From an uncultured Gemmatimonadales bacterium (GTDB lineage: Bacteria > Gemmatimonadota > Gemmatimonadetes > Gemmatimonadales > GWC2-71-9): 64,000 bases of DNA. Positions within the stretch are counted from its first letter, which is position 1, and every line of letters begins with the position of its first letter. The stretch spans positions 623,056-687,055 of the forward strand of contig CAWGSK010000012.1 of the NCBI GenBank assembly GCA_963825055.1. The letters run 5' to 3'. Under the pieces are notes generated by a model. That model worked only from the letters and a program-made list of their open reading frames with translations. It was not told the DNA's origin and made no database searches. Below, piece by piece: positions 23,513-33,310 of this stretch. Made by a program: the position numbers and the translations under genes.

Positions 23513-24158
23513 AGGTCAAGTCCAATCGTGCCGGGATCCGTGGGACCGTGAGGCGGGCCTTGGATGGCCGGCCATCGGGACCGAACTCGGTTTCTGCCTT
23601 GCCCACGACTTTCCCGGCCTGCCGGACGATAGTCACCAGCCGGGGGCGCTCGCCACTGCTGAGGGCATATTCGATCGTATCGCCCGCGGCCGCGTAGTAC
23701 CAGGCCGTGAGCCGCTCCGTCTCCAGGCCCCGCACTTCCACGCCCGCCGCGGGCCCCAGGGCGATACCGAACAGGCTCCACATGAGCGGATAGTCCGGCA
23801 CCAGGTTCTCGAGTGCCTCGGGTGGTTCCACCCAGAGGGCGGAATCCCCCACGACCACCGCCGCCATCCGGCCCGTGCCCAGCGGGCCCCGGGCGTCAAA
23901 CCGGATCGAGTCCGGCGCCGCGATCCGGGCGCTGCCCCGGCCACCGGCACTGGCCCGGTCGTCCCGGAACAGCCACCGGAAACGGTACAGGGTATGCCCG
24001 GTGGGGGCCGTCACCCCGGCCCAGGCCCGGGCCTGATCGGGCGTCGCGGGAGCGGCGGTGCGCGGCACCACAGGCGCGATGCTGCCGCCACAGCCGGCAA
24101 GCAACACGACAAGATACGCCGGCCGAAACACCCGGTCAAGCGAAAACCGTTGTGGCAT
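23451..24158 (-). CDS. Hypothetical lipoprotein (LolB-like beta-sheet fold possible)
   Basis: LAGC lipobox; PDSIRFDARGPLG segment. Confidence 0.6.
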   Translation of the reverse strand: MPQRFSLDRVFRPAYLVVLLAGCGGSIAPVVPRTAAPATPDQARAWAGVTAPTGHTLYRFRWLFRDDRASAGGRGSARIAAPDSIRFDARGPLGTGRMAAVVVGDSALWVEPPEALENLVPDYPLMWSLFGIALGPAAGVEVRGLETERLTAWYYAAAGDTIEYALSSGERPRLVTIVRQAGKVVGKAETEFGPDGRPSKARLTVPRIPARLDLTFVETATDSAFPSEIWAPGEP

Positions 24159-26995
24159 CAGTAGTTATAGCCAAAAAAGAACTGCACGAATCCCCGGTTG
24201 CGATCTTCGGCGGAAAATGGATAGCCGAGGAAGTTCTTGTCGCTGAACTTTCGGCCCCAGTCGAGGCGGATCACCGCCAGCGGTCCCAGCGCGAGCCGGA
24301 AGCTTATTCCATAGCTCCCGAGCAGCGCCCTCGAATCGTAATCGCGGAACCATGCCTTGCCCAAGTCGCCGAAAAAGGCGCCCTGGATCCCGGGAAACCG
24401 GACATCGCCGATGGGGGTGCCGAACGTGAGGTGGTTGAGGAGGGGGAAGCGCAGTTCCTGGTTCAACATCCAGGCCCGGGAGCCGACGATGGTACCGAAG
24501 AGGGGGTACCCGCGCAGGGCGCTGGTCCCGCCGATGTTCACCCGCCGGGGACGGTCGCCCCCGCTGTAGAAACCCATGGCCCGGACCGCATAGGCGCTGC
24601 GCCGGCCGAGCCGGAAGTAGTGGCGCCAGTCGAGGTTCAGCAGGTAACTGTCGAACCGGGCGTTGCTGAAGTCGCTGGTGAGGCCGGCGGTGATGCGGAA
24701 GCGCCCGCCGTCGATCGGGCCGGAGGGAAGCCACAGGGCGTTGTCACGCACGTAGCTCACGAAGCTGGATGACAGCCACCCCACCCGGCGGAGGCCCTCC
24801 GCGGGTGGCACGGCCGACCCGTCCGGGAAGTCGAAGTCGGTCCGGTCCGAGCGCTCGACCACCACCTGGCCCTCCACCCGCTCGAACCGGTTGAGCGGAT
24901 ACCGCAGCAGGCCGAGGGCTCCGAACGTCTGCTCGCGATAGGCGATGGTCAGCCGGTCCTGGTAGGCCGCGCCCTTGAGACGGAACGCGCCAATACCCCA
25001 GTTGAGCCGCCGCTTCTGATTGATGTAGATCCCGCTCGCATTGATGTTCTCGAAAATGCTGCCGAGGTCCTTCCCCTGGAAGGAGGAGAGGCCGAAGATG
25101 AGCGCCTCGTCACTCAGCAGGTCGCTCAGGAAGAGCTGGATGCCCTGGGCTCCGCCGTAGCCGGGAATGAAAACAGCGTCACCCCCGGCGAAGTCGAGCG
25201 TGAAGCGGCGGCGGTAGGGATGGCCGTCCACCTCGTACGCGCTCGTGTCGCGCCCGGAGGTCCACTCCCAGGAGGGAGCCTCCGCCAGGGCCGGGGTCCC
25301 CCCGAAGGTCTCGTGCTGTGCCTCCGGGTCCTCGGGGACGTAGTAGAGATTCCAGCTCAGATCGTGGAAGCCGCCGACGAGGAGGCCCTGCCGATCCGGC
25401 AGCCAGGTGGGGTCGAATGCACCGGTCCACGAGCTTGTCTCGCGACGTCCATGCCCCAGGCTGTCCACCGAGAACACGTTGAGGACACCGTCCCGGCTCG
25501 ACGCATAGTAGATCCGCCCGTTTGCCGCCCATCGCGGCGTCTCGTCCACCCAGTCGCCGTTGGTGACCTGGGTGATGCGGCCGGTGGCAAGCTCACAGGT
25601 GAACAGGTTCACCGCGCCCTCTCCCCCGCCGGCGGTGCGGTCGCTGGCGAACACCAGCCGGGTGCCGTCCGGGCTCAGGCTCGGATCGATGTCCTGGTAG
25701 GGATCATCCGTCAGGTGCTCGAGTTCGCCGCCCGGCAGGCGCACGCGGTAGAGGTCCGACAGGCCGCTCTCCGCGAGCCCGCTGAAGATGACGCTCTCGC
25801 CATCGGGCCCCCAGACGGGTGACAGCACCGACACGAGCCCCGGGAACTGGTAGCGGCCGACGACCTTGCGCGCGCGCACGTCGAAGATGACGAGCGCGTC
25901 GCGGTCGCCCGACTGGGAAGAGAAGAGCAGCAGGCCCGGCCTCGAGGCATCCAGCCGCGAGTCGAACGGATGGAAGCCTTCGAGTTCGGTCGAGCGTCCC
26001 GCCTCGATGATCCGCTGGGCCCCGCCCCCGTCGAGCGGCCGGCGCATGATGGTGATGTACCCACGGTCGGGCGAGAGGTAGTACACCTGGGTGCTGTCGC
26101 CGGCCCCGGCCGCCTCGGGCTTCAGGGCGAGCGTGGCCAGGCGACGGCCCTCCACGTCGAGCGGCTCGAGGTCCTGCGCGACCGGGTAGTAGGCCCGGCG
26201 CATGGCCAGCTGGAATTCGTCGTTCAGCTGGCCCAGGGTTCGGCCGTAGACCGCGAGGATCGCCTCCTCGAACGAGTTGTAGCGCCACATGTCGCGGTAG
26301 AACATCGCCACGCGCCAGTCGCCGTACGTGTCCGCCAGCCAGCGGTGAATCCGCCCGCCGATCGGATAGACGATGCCACCCCCCGCGAAGCGCAGTTCCT
26401 CGATGCCCGGGAGCCGGCCCGAAAGGGTCAGGTCCCGCATGATCATCTCGTCGCGCGCATCCTGGCCCCCGGACCAGAGCTCGGCCAGGCCCTCGCTCCA
26501 CCAGAGGGGCGTCTGCACGTGGTTCCGCGCGTTCCTGTAGTAATTCTCCGTCAGCCAGCTCAACTGGAAGACGTGCACCATCTCGTGGCGGAGCGTGTGG
26601 CGGAACTCGGCGAGGTTCCCCCGGTACGGGAGCGAGACCCGCCGCTTCAGGAAGTCCGTCGCGCCGAGCAGTCCCTCGGGGGGAATGAACGGGAGGATAT
26701 TCGTCTGCTCGAAGTCGGCGTGCGACGCGTAGACGATGACGGGGATCCGCGTCGTGACCTCGTGACCGAACTGGAGGGACAGCGTGTCGTAGCTGCGCTC
26801 GGCGTAGTCCAGCGCCACCGGGGCCAGGTGCGCCTCGGCGGGATAGTAGTAGAGGTCGACGTGCGGGCCCTTCAGGACCTGCCAGTCGAAGTCGCGATAC
26901 TGGATCTTGTTCTGCCCGAACGAGAAGAACTGGGCCGCGGCGGGTGCCGCGGCCCCGAACACCAGCCCGAGCAGCAGGATACCCCATCGTGTCAT
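24158..26995 (-). CDS. Peptidase-MA-like + PD40/WD40 + Omp85 barrel outer-membrane protein
   Basis: FGQNKIQY, HEMVH...WWSEGLAE, TolB-like repeats (DPSLSPDGTRLVFASDR), LRGYP, terminal FFFGYNY. Confidence 0.85.
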   Translation of the reverse strand: MTRWGILLLGLVFGAAAPAAAQFFSFGQNKIQYRDFDWQVLKGPHVDLYYYPAEAHLAPVALDYAERSYDTLSLQFGHEVTTRIPVIVYASHADFEQTNILPFIPPEGLLGATDFLKRRVSLPYRGNLAEFRHTLRHEMVHVFQLSWLTENYYRNARNHVQTPLWWSEGLAELWSGGQDARDEMIMRDLTLSGRLPGIEELRFAGGGIVYPIGGRIHRWLADTYGDWRVAMFYRDMWRYNSFEEAILAVYGRTLGQLNDEFQLAMRRAYYPVAQDLEPLDVEGRRLATLALKPEAAGAGDSTQVYYLSPDRGYITIMRRPLDGGGAQRIIEAGRSTELEGFHPFDSRLDASRPGLLLFSSQSGDRDALVIFDVRARKVVGRYQFPGLVSVLSPVWGPDGESVIFSGLAESGLSDLYRVRLPGGELEHLTDDPYQDIDPSLSPDGTRLVFASDRTAGGGEGAVNLFTCELATGRITQVTNGDWVDETPRWAANGRIYYASSRDGVLNVFSVDSLGHGRRETSSWTGAFDPTWLPDRQGLLVGGFHDLSWNLYYVPEDPEAQHETFGGTPALAEAPSWEWTSGRDTSAYEVDGHPYRRRFTLDFAGGDAVFIPGYGGAQGIQLFLSDLLSDEALIFGLSSFQGKDLGSIFENINASGIYINQKRRLNWGIGAFRLKGAAYQDRLTIAYREQTFGALGLLRYPLNRFERVEGQVVVERSDRTDFDFPDGSAVPPAEGLRRVGWLSSSFVSYVRDNALWLPSGPIDGGRFRITAGLTSDFSNARFDSYLLNLDWRHYFRLGRRSAYAVRAMGFYSGGDRPRRVNIGGTSALRGYPLFGTIVGSRAWMLNQELRFPLLNHLTFGTPIGDVRFPGIQGAFFGDLGKAWFRDYDSRALLGSYGISFRLALGPLAVIRLDWGRKFSDKNFLGYPFSAEDRNRGFVQFFFGYNY

Positions 26996-29031
26996 CGTCG
27001 AATGGTCCGGATCAGGTCTCCCTGGGTTACCCGCAACAGGGCCGCACGCGAGCCCACGATGCGACCGAATACCGTGTAGTTGCCGTCGAGATGCGGCTGC
27101 GGGCTCAGCGTGATGAACCACTGGCTCGAGCCGGTGTCTGGCCCGGACAGGGCCATCCCCACGGTCACCGATTCATAGCGGCGGCGGTTGATCTCGTCCC
27201 GGATCGCGCCGCCCGGGCCGCCCCAGCCGTCGCCCCGCGGATCGCCATCCTGCACCACGAAGTTCGGCACCACGCGGTGCCAGCGGTTCCCGTCGAAGAA
27301 GTGACGGTCCACCAGCAGCAGGAAATTCGTCACCGTGAGCGGCGCGTCAGGGCCGAACAGTTCAATCTCGAGCGTGCCACGCTGCTCCGTCTCCAGGAAG
27401 ACGTGAGGCATGCGGTCGGGCGACGACGGGACGAGATAACGCCGCGCGAGGTCCCGGTAATCCTGGAGCGTCCGCCCGGTCTCGATAGGCCAGGCGGCCC
27501 CCCAGAGGGCAGACGCATCGGGCCAGGAATCCACCGCCCACCGCCGGATGAGATACGAATCCGGGCGGGGCGCTTCGAGCAGGAACTGGTCATCCACCGC
27601 CTGCCGCCCCTCGGGCGATTCGCCGGCGATGGCGGCGAGTCCACCCAGGGCCGCCAGGGCCGCGTCAGGGAACGAATCGGCGGAGGCGCGCCGGTACGCC
27701 GCCGCAAGACCGGCGATGTCGCCCTTTTCCTTGAGACGACCGACCACCCCCGCAGCCACACTCCGCACCGCGGCATCGGGACTGGCCAGGCGCTCGCGCG
27801 CCGCCCGGGCGAGGAGCGGACCGGGCTCCTCCTCCCTGTCACTCCACGCCTGGAGCAGGGCCGCGACGACTCGTGGATCGGGATCGGTGAGCAGCGACTT
27901 CCACTCGGGGCGGTCTGGATCGCCCAGCAGGGCCCACGCTTCCGCGGCGGTGGACCGGGTCCGCCAGTCGGCCCCCTGCCGCCATGAGGCCTCGAGGCGC
28001 TGGAAGGCGCTGGTATCGACCCTCGCGAGAGCAACGAGCGCCTCGCGCTGGAGCGCGAAGAGACGGCTCCCGGTGAACGCGCGCACGAGCGCGGCCACTG
28101 CCTCACTCCCACCCAGCCGCCCGAGGGCGGCTGCCGCGGTGACGCGGACATTCGGGTCCGGGTCGTCGAGGTGCGGTATGACGGTGCCCGCCAGGGCCGA
28201 GTCCCGCCACGTGGCGAGCGCGCGGAGGGCGTTGATCCTGACGCCGGCGTCCTCGTCGTCCGTCGCGCGGGTGAGCGCCGTGCGCACTGCGTCCGGCGCG
28301 AGGCCCGCCGAATCGGTGTAGGCCGGCGTGAAGGGGCGCACGGCCCACGAGCGGATAATCGCGTCGGGATCCTCCATGGCAAGCAGGATGTCGCTCCCGG
28401 CGGCCCCGACGCGGAGCCGTCCCAGCGTGTAGATCGCCGCCTTGCGCCGGACGATGGAGGTGTCCCTCGCGAAGCGGGCCAGGTCGGCCGATGGGGCGTT
28501 CTCGCCGAGGCGCCAGCTCTCCCGCACGACCGCGTCCACGGTCGCGACCGGATCGGTCCCGGCGAGATCGGGGTTGCCGCGCAGGATCACGCTGAAGAAA
28601 CGGCCCACCGCGGCGCCGCCGATGCGCGAAAGGGCCGTGATGCCTTCGACGGCCGCCTCCGATGACAGGGCCGGGCTGGTGGCAAATCGTTCCATCACCG
28701 GCCCGGCGGATGCGCTGTCGGCGATGAGCCCCAGGGCAAAGAGCGCCACGGCCTGGACGCTCGAGTCGCGGTCAATGAGCACCGGCAGCAGGAGCGCCAC
28801 CCCGCGCGGATCGCGAAGCCGGCCGACGGCGAGTGCCGCCGCGCGGCGTACCTCCGGGTCGGCGTGCTCCAGCGCGCGGCGGAACAGCCCCGCGTCGAAG
28901 GACCGCGCATCTTCGGCCTTGAGGAGGGGGGCCAGTGCCTCGACCAGGGCGGCATCGCCCTGGGCGTCCGCCCGCGCCGGGGCCGCGGCCAGGGCGGCGA
29001 GCGCCACCACGGCGAGCCACGCGCGCCTCAT
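26992..29031 (-). CDS. HEAT-repeat cyclophilin-type peptidylprolyl isomerase
   Basis: HEAT repeats then HRVVPNFVVQDGDPRGDGWGGPG, GMALSGPDTGSSQWFIT, HLDGNYTVFG. Confidence 0.92.
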   Translation of the reverse strand: MRRAWLAVVALAALAAAPARADAQGDAALVEALAPLLKAEDARSFDAGLFRRALEHADPEVRRAAALAVGRLRDPRGVALLLPVLIDRDSSVQAVALFALGLIADSASAGPVMERFATSPALSSEAAVEGITALSRIGGAAVGRFFSVILRGNPDLAGTDPVATVDAVVRESWRLGENAPSADLARFARDTSIVRRKAAIYTLGRLRVGAAGSDILLAMEDPDAIIRSWAVRPFTPAYTDSAGLAPDAVRTALTRATDDEDAGVRINALRALATWRDSALAGTVIPHLDDPDPNVRVTAAAALGRLGGSEAVAALVRAFTGSRLFALQREALVALARVDTSAFQRLEASWRQGADWRTRSTAAEAWALLGDPDRPEWKSLLTDPDPRVVAALLQAWSDREEEPGPLLARAARERLASPDAAVRSVAAGVVGRLKEKGDIAGLAAAYRRASADSFPDAALAALGGLAAIAGESPEGRQAVDDQFLLEAPRPDSYLIRRWAVDSWPDASALWGAAWPIETGRTLQDYRDLARRYLVPSSPDRMPHVFLETEQRGTLEIELFGPDAPLTVTNFLLLVDRHFFDGNRWHRVVPNFVVQDGDPRGDGWGGPGGAIRDEINRRRYESVTVGMALSGPDTGSSQWFITLSPQPHLDGNYTVFGRIVGSRAALLRVTQGDLIRTIRR

Positions 29032-29459
29032 GCATCCTCCGCGACGTGAAGCAGCGTGGAGACCTGCGGCGGAAGCCGGGTAGGGCGCTGGGCCTGGTTC
29101 AGGGAGATCATGGTCGTCTCGGCGGTGGCGAGCAGGGTGCCGGTAGCGGCGTGGGTGACCTGGTAACGGAAGATGACGCGGCGTGACGCCACGTCAGATA
29201 CCCAGCACCGGATCCGGACGACATCGTCGTACCGGGCGGGCTGGATGTAGCGGATGCGCAGGTCGGCCACCGCGAGCCGGATGCCCATGGCCTCCACCTC
29301 ACGGTAGCTCATGCCGGCCTCGCGGAGGTGCTCCGTGCGGGCCACGTCCAGCCAGATAACGTAATTGGCGTGGTAGACCACACCCATCTGGTCGGTTTCG
29401 GAATAGTTGACGCGTACCGTCGTCTCGGTCACGACCCCGGTCGCTGGGGGGTGGTTCAT
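29028..29459 (-). CDS. Acyl-CoA thioesterase, YbgC/FadM family
   Basis: VRVNYSETDQMGVVYHANY. Confidence 0.9.
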   Translation of the reverse strand: MNHPPATGVVTETTVRVNYSETDQMGVVYHANYVIWLDVARTEHLREAGMSYREVEAMGIRLAVADLRIRYIQPARYDDVVRIRCWVSDVASRRVIFRYQVTHAATGTLLATAETTMISLNQAQRPTRLPPQVSTLLHVAEDA

Positions 29460-29558
29460 GGGTACTCCGGCTCGTCGGGACGGTTCTGGCGGAACCCGTA
29501 AGCTAATCATCCCCGGCGCGGCCGTTGCCCGTGACGGGGGGCCGGCCTATCTTCGGCC

Positions 29559-30293
29559 GTGCCCAGAGAGCGCCTCGTCATCCTCTCCGATGCGCACCTC
29601 GGTGCGACCCCTCCCGACGTCGAGGAGGCGCTGCTGGCGTTCCTGGAGCGTGTCCCGGACCTCGGTGACAGCCTGCTCCTGAACGGCGACGTCTTCGATT
29701 TCTGGTTCGAATACCGCCGGGTGATCCCCCGGACGGGCTTTCACGTGGTGGCGGCGCTGGCGCGGCTGCGCCGGCGGATGCCTGTCACGATGGTTGGCGG
29801 CAACCACGACCGCTGGGGCGGAAGTTTCTGGGACGAGCAACTGGACATCCCGTTCCACCCGAAGGAAGCCCGTCTTCAGGTGGGCCGGCGCGAGGTGCTC
29901 GCGGTGCACGGCGACGGGATCACCGAGTCCCACTGGTCCGCGACCCTCATGCATCGTCTCACCAGCTCGCCCGCACTCATCGCCATGTACCGGGCGCTCC
30001 ACCCGAGCATCGGGTTCTGGCTCGCCGACCGGATGAGCCACCGCCTGGGCGACACGACCCGGGATCGGGAACTGCTCGACCTCGCCGCGCGCCGCCAGCA
30101 GGAATGGGCCGAGCGCCGCCTGGCGGATGAGCCGTCCCTGGGCCTGATCGTCATGGGCCACACGCACCGTCCGGCGCTCTCGGAACCCTTCCCCGGGCGG
30201 CAGTACCTGAACCCCGGCGCGTGGCTGGAGGGAGGGTGCTATGCGATTGCGACGGAAGAGGGGGCGGAGCTAGCGGTGACTAGTGACTGGTGA
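29559..30293 (+). CDS. lpxH: UDP-2,3-diacylglucosamine diphosphatase
   Basis: SDAHLG, GDVFDFWFEY, GNHD, HGDG, MGHTH, YLNPGAW. Confidence 0.85.
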   Translation: MPRERLVILSDAHLGATPPDVEEALLAFLERVPDLGDSLLLNGDVFDFWFEYRRVIPRTGFHVVAALARLRRRMPVTMVGGNHDRWGGSFWDEQLDIPFHPKEARLQVGRREVLAVHGDGITESHWSATLMHRLTSSPALIAMYRALHPSIGFWLADRMSHRLGDTTRDRELLDLAARRQQEWAERRLADEPSLGLIVMGHTHRPALSEPFPGRQYLNPGAWLEGGCYAIATEEGAELAVTSDW

Positions 30294-30412
30294 TTAGTGA
30301 CTAGTGCTTTGAGGCTGGCCGCCCGTGCAGGATTGCGAGGGTCCCAGGCAGAATCACCTACTCCACACGACTCACCAGTCACTAGTCACCAGTCACCAGT
30401 CACCAGTCACTG
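30275..30412. repeat. Inverted pair of heptamer arrays (GTGACTR)n / (CACYAGT)n at the convergent lpxH-murI junction
   Basis: Both genes' stop codons lie in the arrays. Confidence 0.9.
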
Positions 30413-31201
30413 CATCACCACCAGTTCCGCCCCGGTCAGCCGCTCCCCGATGAATCGCGAGCCCACCTGGCGGAAGCGCGGTTCGTCGTCGCTCACCACG
30501 AACCGGTGCGTCACTTGCGTGCCCCCCTCCGACAGCAGCCCGGCCTCACGCAACACCGACTCCGCGGTGGAGGCGGTTTCTTCCGCGCTGTCGATCAGTC
30601 GGACATCGTCCCCCAGCACCTGATGCAGCAGCGGCTTGAGCAGGGGATAGTGCGTGCAGCCCAGTACCAGCGTGTCGATGCCCTGGGACTGGAGCGGGTC
30701 GAGGTACTCCCGGGCCACGAGCGCGGTCGCAGGGTGGTCGAACCACCCCTCCTCCACCAGCGGAACGAAGAGCGGGCACGCCCGCTGCTCCACCCGCGTG
30801 CCGGGGGCGAGGGCCTGGATGGCCCGGCGGTACGCATCGCTCGCGATGGTGCCTGCCGTCCCGATGACGCCGATGCCACCGCCCCGGCTCGCCTGGACGG
30901 CCGCGCGCGACCCGGGCTCGATCACCCCGATGACCGGAACGGGCGAGCGGGCCTTCAGGTCATCCAGGGCGTGGGCGGTGCTCGTATTGCACGCCACCAC
31001 CACCGCCTTCACCCCCTGGCCCAGCAGCCACTCGAGGATCTCGCGGCTGTAGCGCCGGACGGTCTCCGGCGACTTGGGGCCGTACGGCACCCGGGCGGTG
31101 TCCCCGAAATAGATGGTGCTCTCCCCGGGCAGCCGGTCGTAGATCGCGCGCGCGACGGTGAGGCCGCCGATGCCGGAATCGAAGATGCCGATGGGAGACA
31201 C
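30407..31201 (-). CDS. murI: Glutamate racemase
   Basis: IGIFDSGIGGLTV, GDTARVPYG, VVACNT, VLGCTHYP. Confidence 0.97.
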   Translation of the reverse strand: MSPIGIFDSGIGGLTVARAIYDRLPGESTIYFGDTARVPYGPKSPETVRRYSREILEWLLGQGVKAVVVACNTSTAHALDDLKARSPVPVIGVIEPGSRAAVQASRGGGIGVIGTAGTIASDAYRRAIQALAPGTRVEQRACPLFVPLVEEGWFDHPATALVAREYLDPLQSQGIDTLVLGCTHYPLLKPLLHQVLGDDVRLIDSAEETASTAESVLREAGLLSEGGTQVTHRFVVSDDEPRFRQVGSRFIGERLTGAELVVMQ

Positions 31202-31204
31202 GGC

Positions 31205-31738
31205 TCATCGGATCGCCGGGAGGGGAGCCTGCACCCCGATCCCGCCCGGGATGGTGCGGAGCTTGAGGTCCTCGGGGAAATCCCACAGGTGTGCCGACAC
31301 GTACGCCTCGAGACCGGACATGAGATGATTGAACGCCAGCAGGATGAGCCAGTCCTGCTGCTCCTTCTTCTTGGGGTCCACCCGCGCCGAACCGGTACGG
31401 CGCAGGTAGTCCAGCTCGTGCGTGGTCCGGAGCGTCATCGCGACCCCCACGCCCTCCACCGCGACGAAGATGGCCCCGGTCAGCTTCCGGTCCAGCCTGC
31501 TCTGGCCCCAGCCGGGCACCAGGAAGCTCCGCCACATGGCCCCCATCGGGCTCAGGTGCCGGACCGCCAGCGTGTCCACCTGCGCCACCGGGCCCGCCAC
31601 GCCCTGTACAGTATCGACGCGGACCAGGACGGAGTCCTGCGCCTGGAGGGGGGCGGACAAGGCGGTCAGGGCGGACAAGGCGGTCAGGGCGGACAAGACG
31701 GACAGACGGACAGGCGGACGGGCAGACGGGAATCTCAT
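31205..31738 (-). CDS. Hypothetical exported/membrane protein (DUF5683-like)
   Basis: SPMGAMWRSFLVPGWGQ motif, EAYVSAHL; repeat-encoded signal peptide. Confidence 0.7.
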   Translation of the reverse strand: MRFPSARPPVRLSVLSALTALSALTALSAPLQAQDSVLVRVDTVQGVAGPVAQVDTLAVRHLSPMGAMWRSFLVPGWGQSRLDRKLTGAIFVAVEGVGVAMTLRTTHELDYLRRTGSARVDPKKKEQQDWLILLAFNHLMSGLEAYVSAHLWDFPEDLKLRTIPGGIGVQAPLPAIR

Positions 31739-32628
31739 CCGACCGCCAGGACGGGAAGGGCCCGGGGAACGAGTTCCACCACGACCAGCCCGGCGTCATA
31801 GCGCCGCAGCTCGCCATCAAGGTGCGCGGTCAGCGGCTCCGGCGAGTCGATCTCCAGGCGGGTAGTCCGTTCCATGGTCACGTGGCGGAAGCGGGTGTGG
31901 CGCCCGAGCATGACGAACGGGAGCCGGAGGAGGAGGCCGGGGAGCCAGAGGGGGGCGACGCGGCAGAGGTCGAGGTAGCCATCATCGGGACGGGCATCCG
32001 GCGTAAGATAGAAGCCGCCGCCGGTGGACACACCATTGCCGGCTTCCAGAAGATAGACCGGGCCCGCAAATTCGCGGGAGTCGGTGCGGAGCCGCAGGTC
32101 GAGCGGGCGGTATGACGGCAGGGTGCGGAGCACGGCGACCAGATAGAGCAGCAAACCGGGGACCCGGTGGCTCCGGCGCACCCGGGCGGCGACCGCGGCA
32201 TCGAAGCCGATCCCGAATGCATTGACGAAGTAGAGCCCCCCGACCCGCCCGACATCGAACCGGCGTTCCCGGGCCTGCGCAAGCCGGTCCAGCGCCTGGT
32301 CGGCGCGGAGGCCGGCCGTACCGACCAGCCGGGCGAAGTCGTTCCCGGTGCCCACCGGAACGACCCCGAGCGTCGGCGGAACGTCGCGCCCGGCGGTCAG
32401 GAGGCCGTTGGCCGCCTCGTGCACCGTGCCGTCGCCACCAACCACGATGACCCGCGCACAGTCGCGCTGCGCAGCGCTCCGGGCCAGGTGCGTCGCGTGC
32501 CCTGGCGCCTCGGTCTCCTGGAGGGTCACATCGCGCCAGTGCCGGGCGGCGTGCCGTACCACGGCGCGGCCGGCAGCCCTCCCGCGGCCCCGCCCTGCCA
32601 CCGGATTCACCAGTACAAGCGTCGACAT
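31735..32628 (-). CDS. Diacylglycerol/lipid kinase family protein (YegS-like)
   Basis: VNPVAGRG, GGDGTVHE, PVGTGNDFA, GIGFDA, HLDGE. Confidence 0.92.
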   Translation of the reverse strand: MSTLVLVNPVAGRGRGRAAGRAVVRHAARHWRDVTLQETEAPGHATHLARSAAQRDCARVIVVGGDGTVHEAANGLLTAGRDVPPTLGVVPVGTGNDFARLVGTAGLRADQALDRLAQARERRFDVGRVGGLYFVNAFGIGFDAAVAARVRRSHRVPGLLLYLVAVLRTLPSYRPLDLRLRTDSREFAGPVYLLEAGNGVSTGGGFYLTPDARPDDGYLDLCRVAPLWLPGLLLRLPFVMLGRHTRFRHVTMERTTRLEIDSPEPLTAHLDGELRRYDAGLVVVELVPRALPVLAVG

Positions 32629-32669
32629 CAGGCACGCCTCCCGGAACGGAGCGCCCGCGGAATGACGCA

Positions 32670-32763
32670 CGGGAGCGTGTGGGAATCGAACCCACCGGAG
32701 GCTCCTGGGAGTCTCCGTCGCGGTTTTGAAGACCGGCCGGGCCACCAGGCCCGATCCACCCCC
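32670..32763 (-). tRNA. selC: tRNA-Sec(TCA)
   Basis: Reverse complement GGGGGTGGATCGGGCCTGGTGGCCCGGCCGGTCTTCAAAACCGCGACGGAGACTCCCAGGAGCCTCCGGTGGGTTCGATTCCCACACGCTCCCG: UCA anticodon, long D-stem with TGGT loop, long variable arm. Confidence 0.92.
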
Positions 32764-32767
32764 TTGG

Positions 32768-32930
32768 TAGTGACTAGTGACTAGTGACTAGTGACTGGTG
32801 ATTAGTGATTAGTGCTTTAGTGCCGGGTTCTGCAGCGAGACAGGAACCTCCCGCATGGAGCCCTCCCTCCAATCACTACTCACTACTCACTACTCACTAG
32901 TCACTAGTCACTCGTCCTGCTCACTGCTCA
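32768..32930. repeat. Inverted pair of heptamer arrays (TAGTGAC/T)n / (CACTACT/CACTAGT)n
   Basis: Between the RidA stop and the tRNA-Sec 5' end. Confidence 0.9.
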
Positions 32931-33310
32931 CCCATCACCGCCACCAGATCAATCTCCACCCTCACTCCCTTCGGCAGCCCCGCCACCGCCACGGTGCTGC
33001 GCGCGGGCTTGTGGTCCCCGAAGGCCTCCGCGTAGATGGTGTTCATGGCCGGGAAGTCGTTCATGTCGGCCAGGAAGACGGTCGCCTTGACGACGCGGGA
33101 AAGGTCGGTACCCGCAGCCGAGAGCACGGCCTCCAGGTTCCGGAACACCTGGCGGGTCTGGTCTTCCACGGTGTCGGTGGAGACCACCCCGGTGGCGGGG
33201 TCGAGCGCAATCTGCCCCGCGGTGAACACCAGCCCGCCAGCGATGGTGGCCTGGCTGTAGGGCCCGATGGCCTGGGGCGCCCTGTCGGTTGCCACGATCC
33301 TGATGCTCAC
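32921..33310 (-). CDS. ridA: RidA / YjgF / UK114 family protein
   Basis: APQAIGPYSQA, AGQIALDP, MNDFPAMN, PARSTVAVAGLPKGVRVEID; GTG start. Confidence 0.92.
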   Translation of the reverse strand: MSIRIVATDRAPQAIGPYSQATIAGGLVFTAGQIALDPATGVVSTDTVEDQTRQVFRNLEAVLSAAGTDLSRVVKATVFLADMNDFPAMNTIYAEAFGDHKPARSTVAVAGLPKGVRVEIDLVAVMGEQ

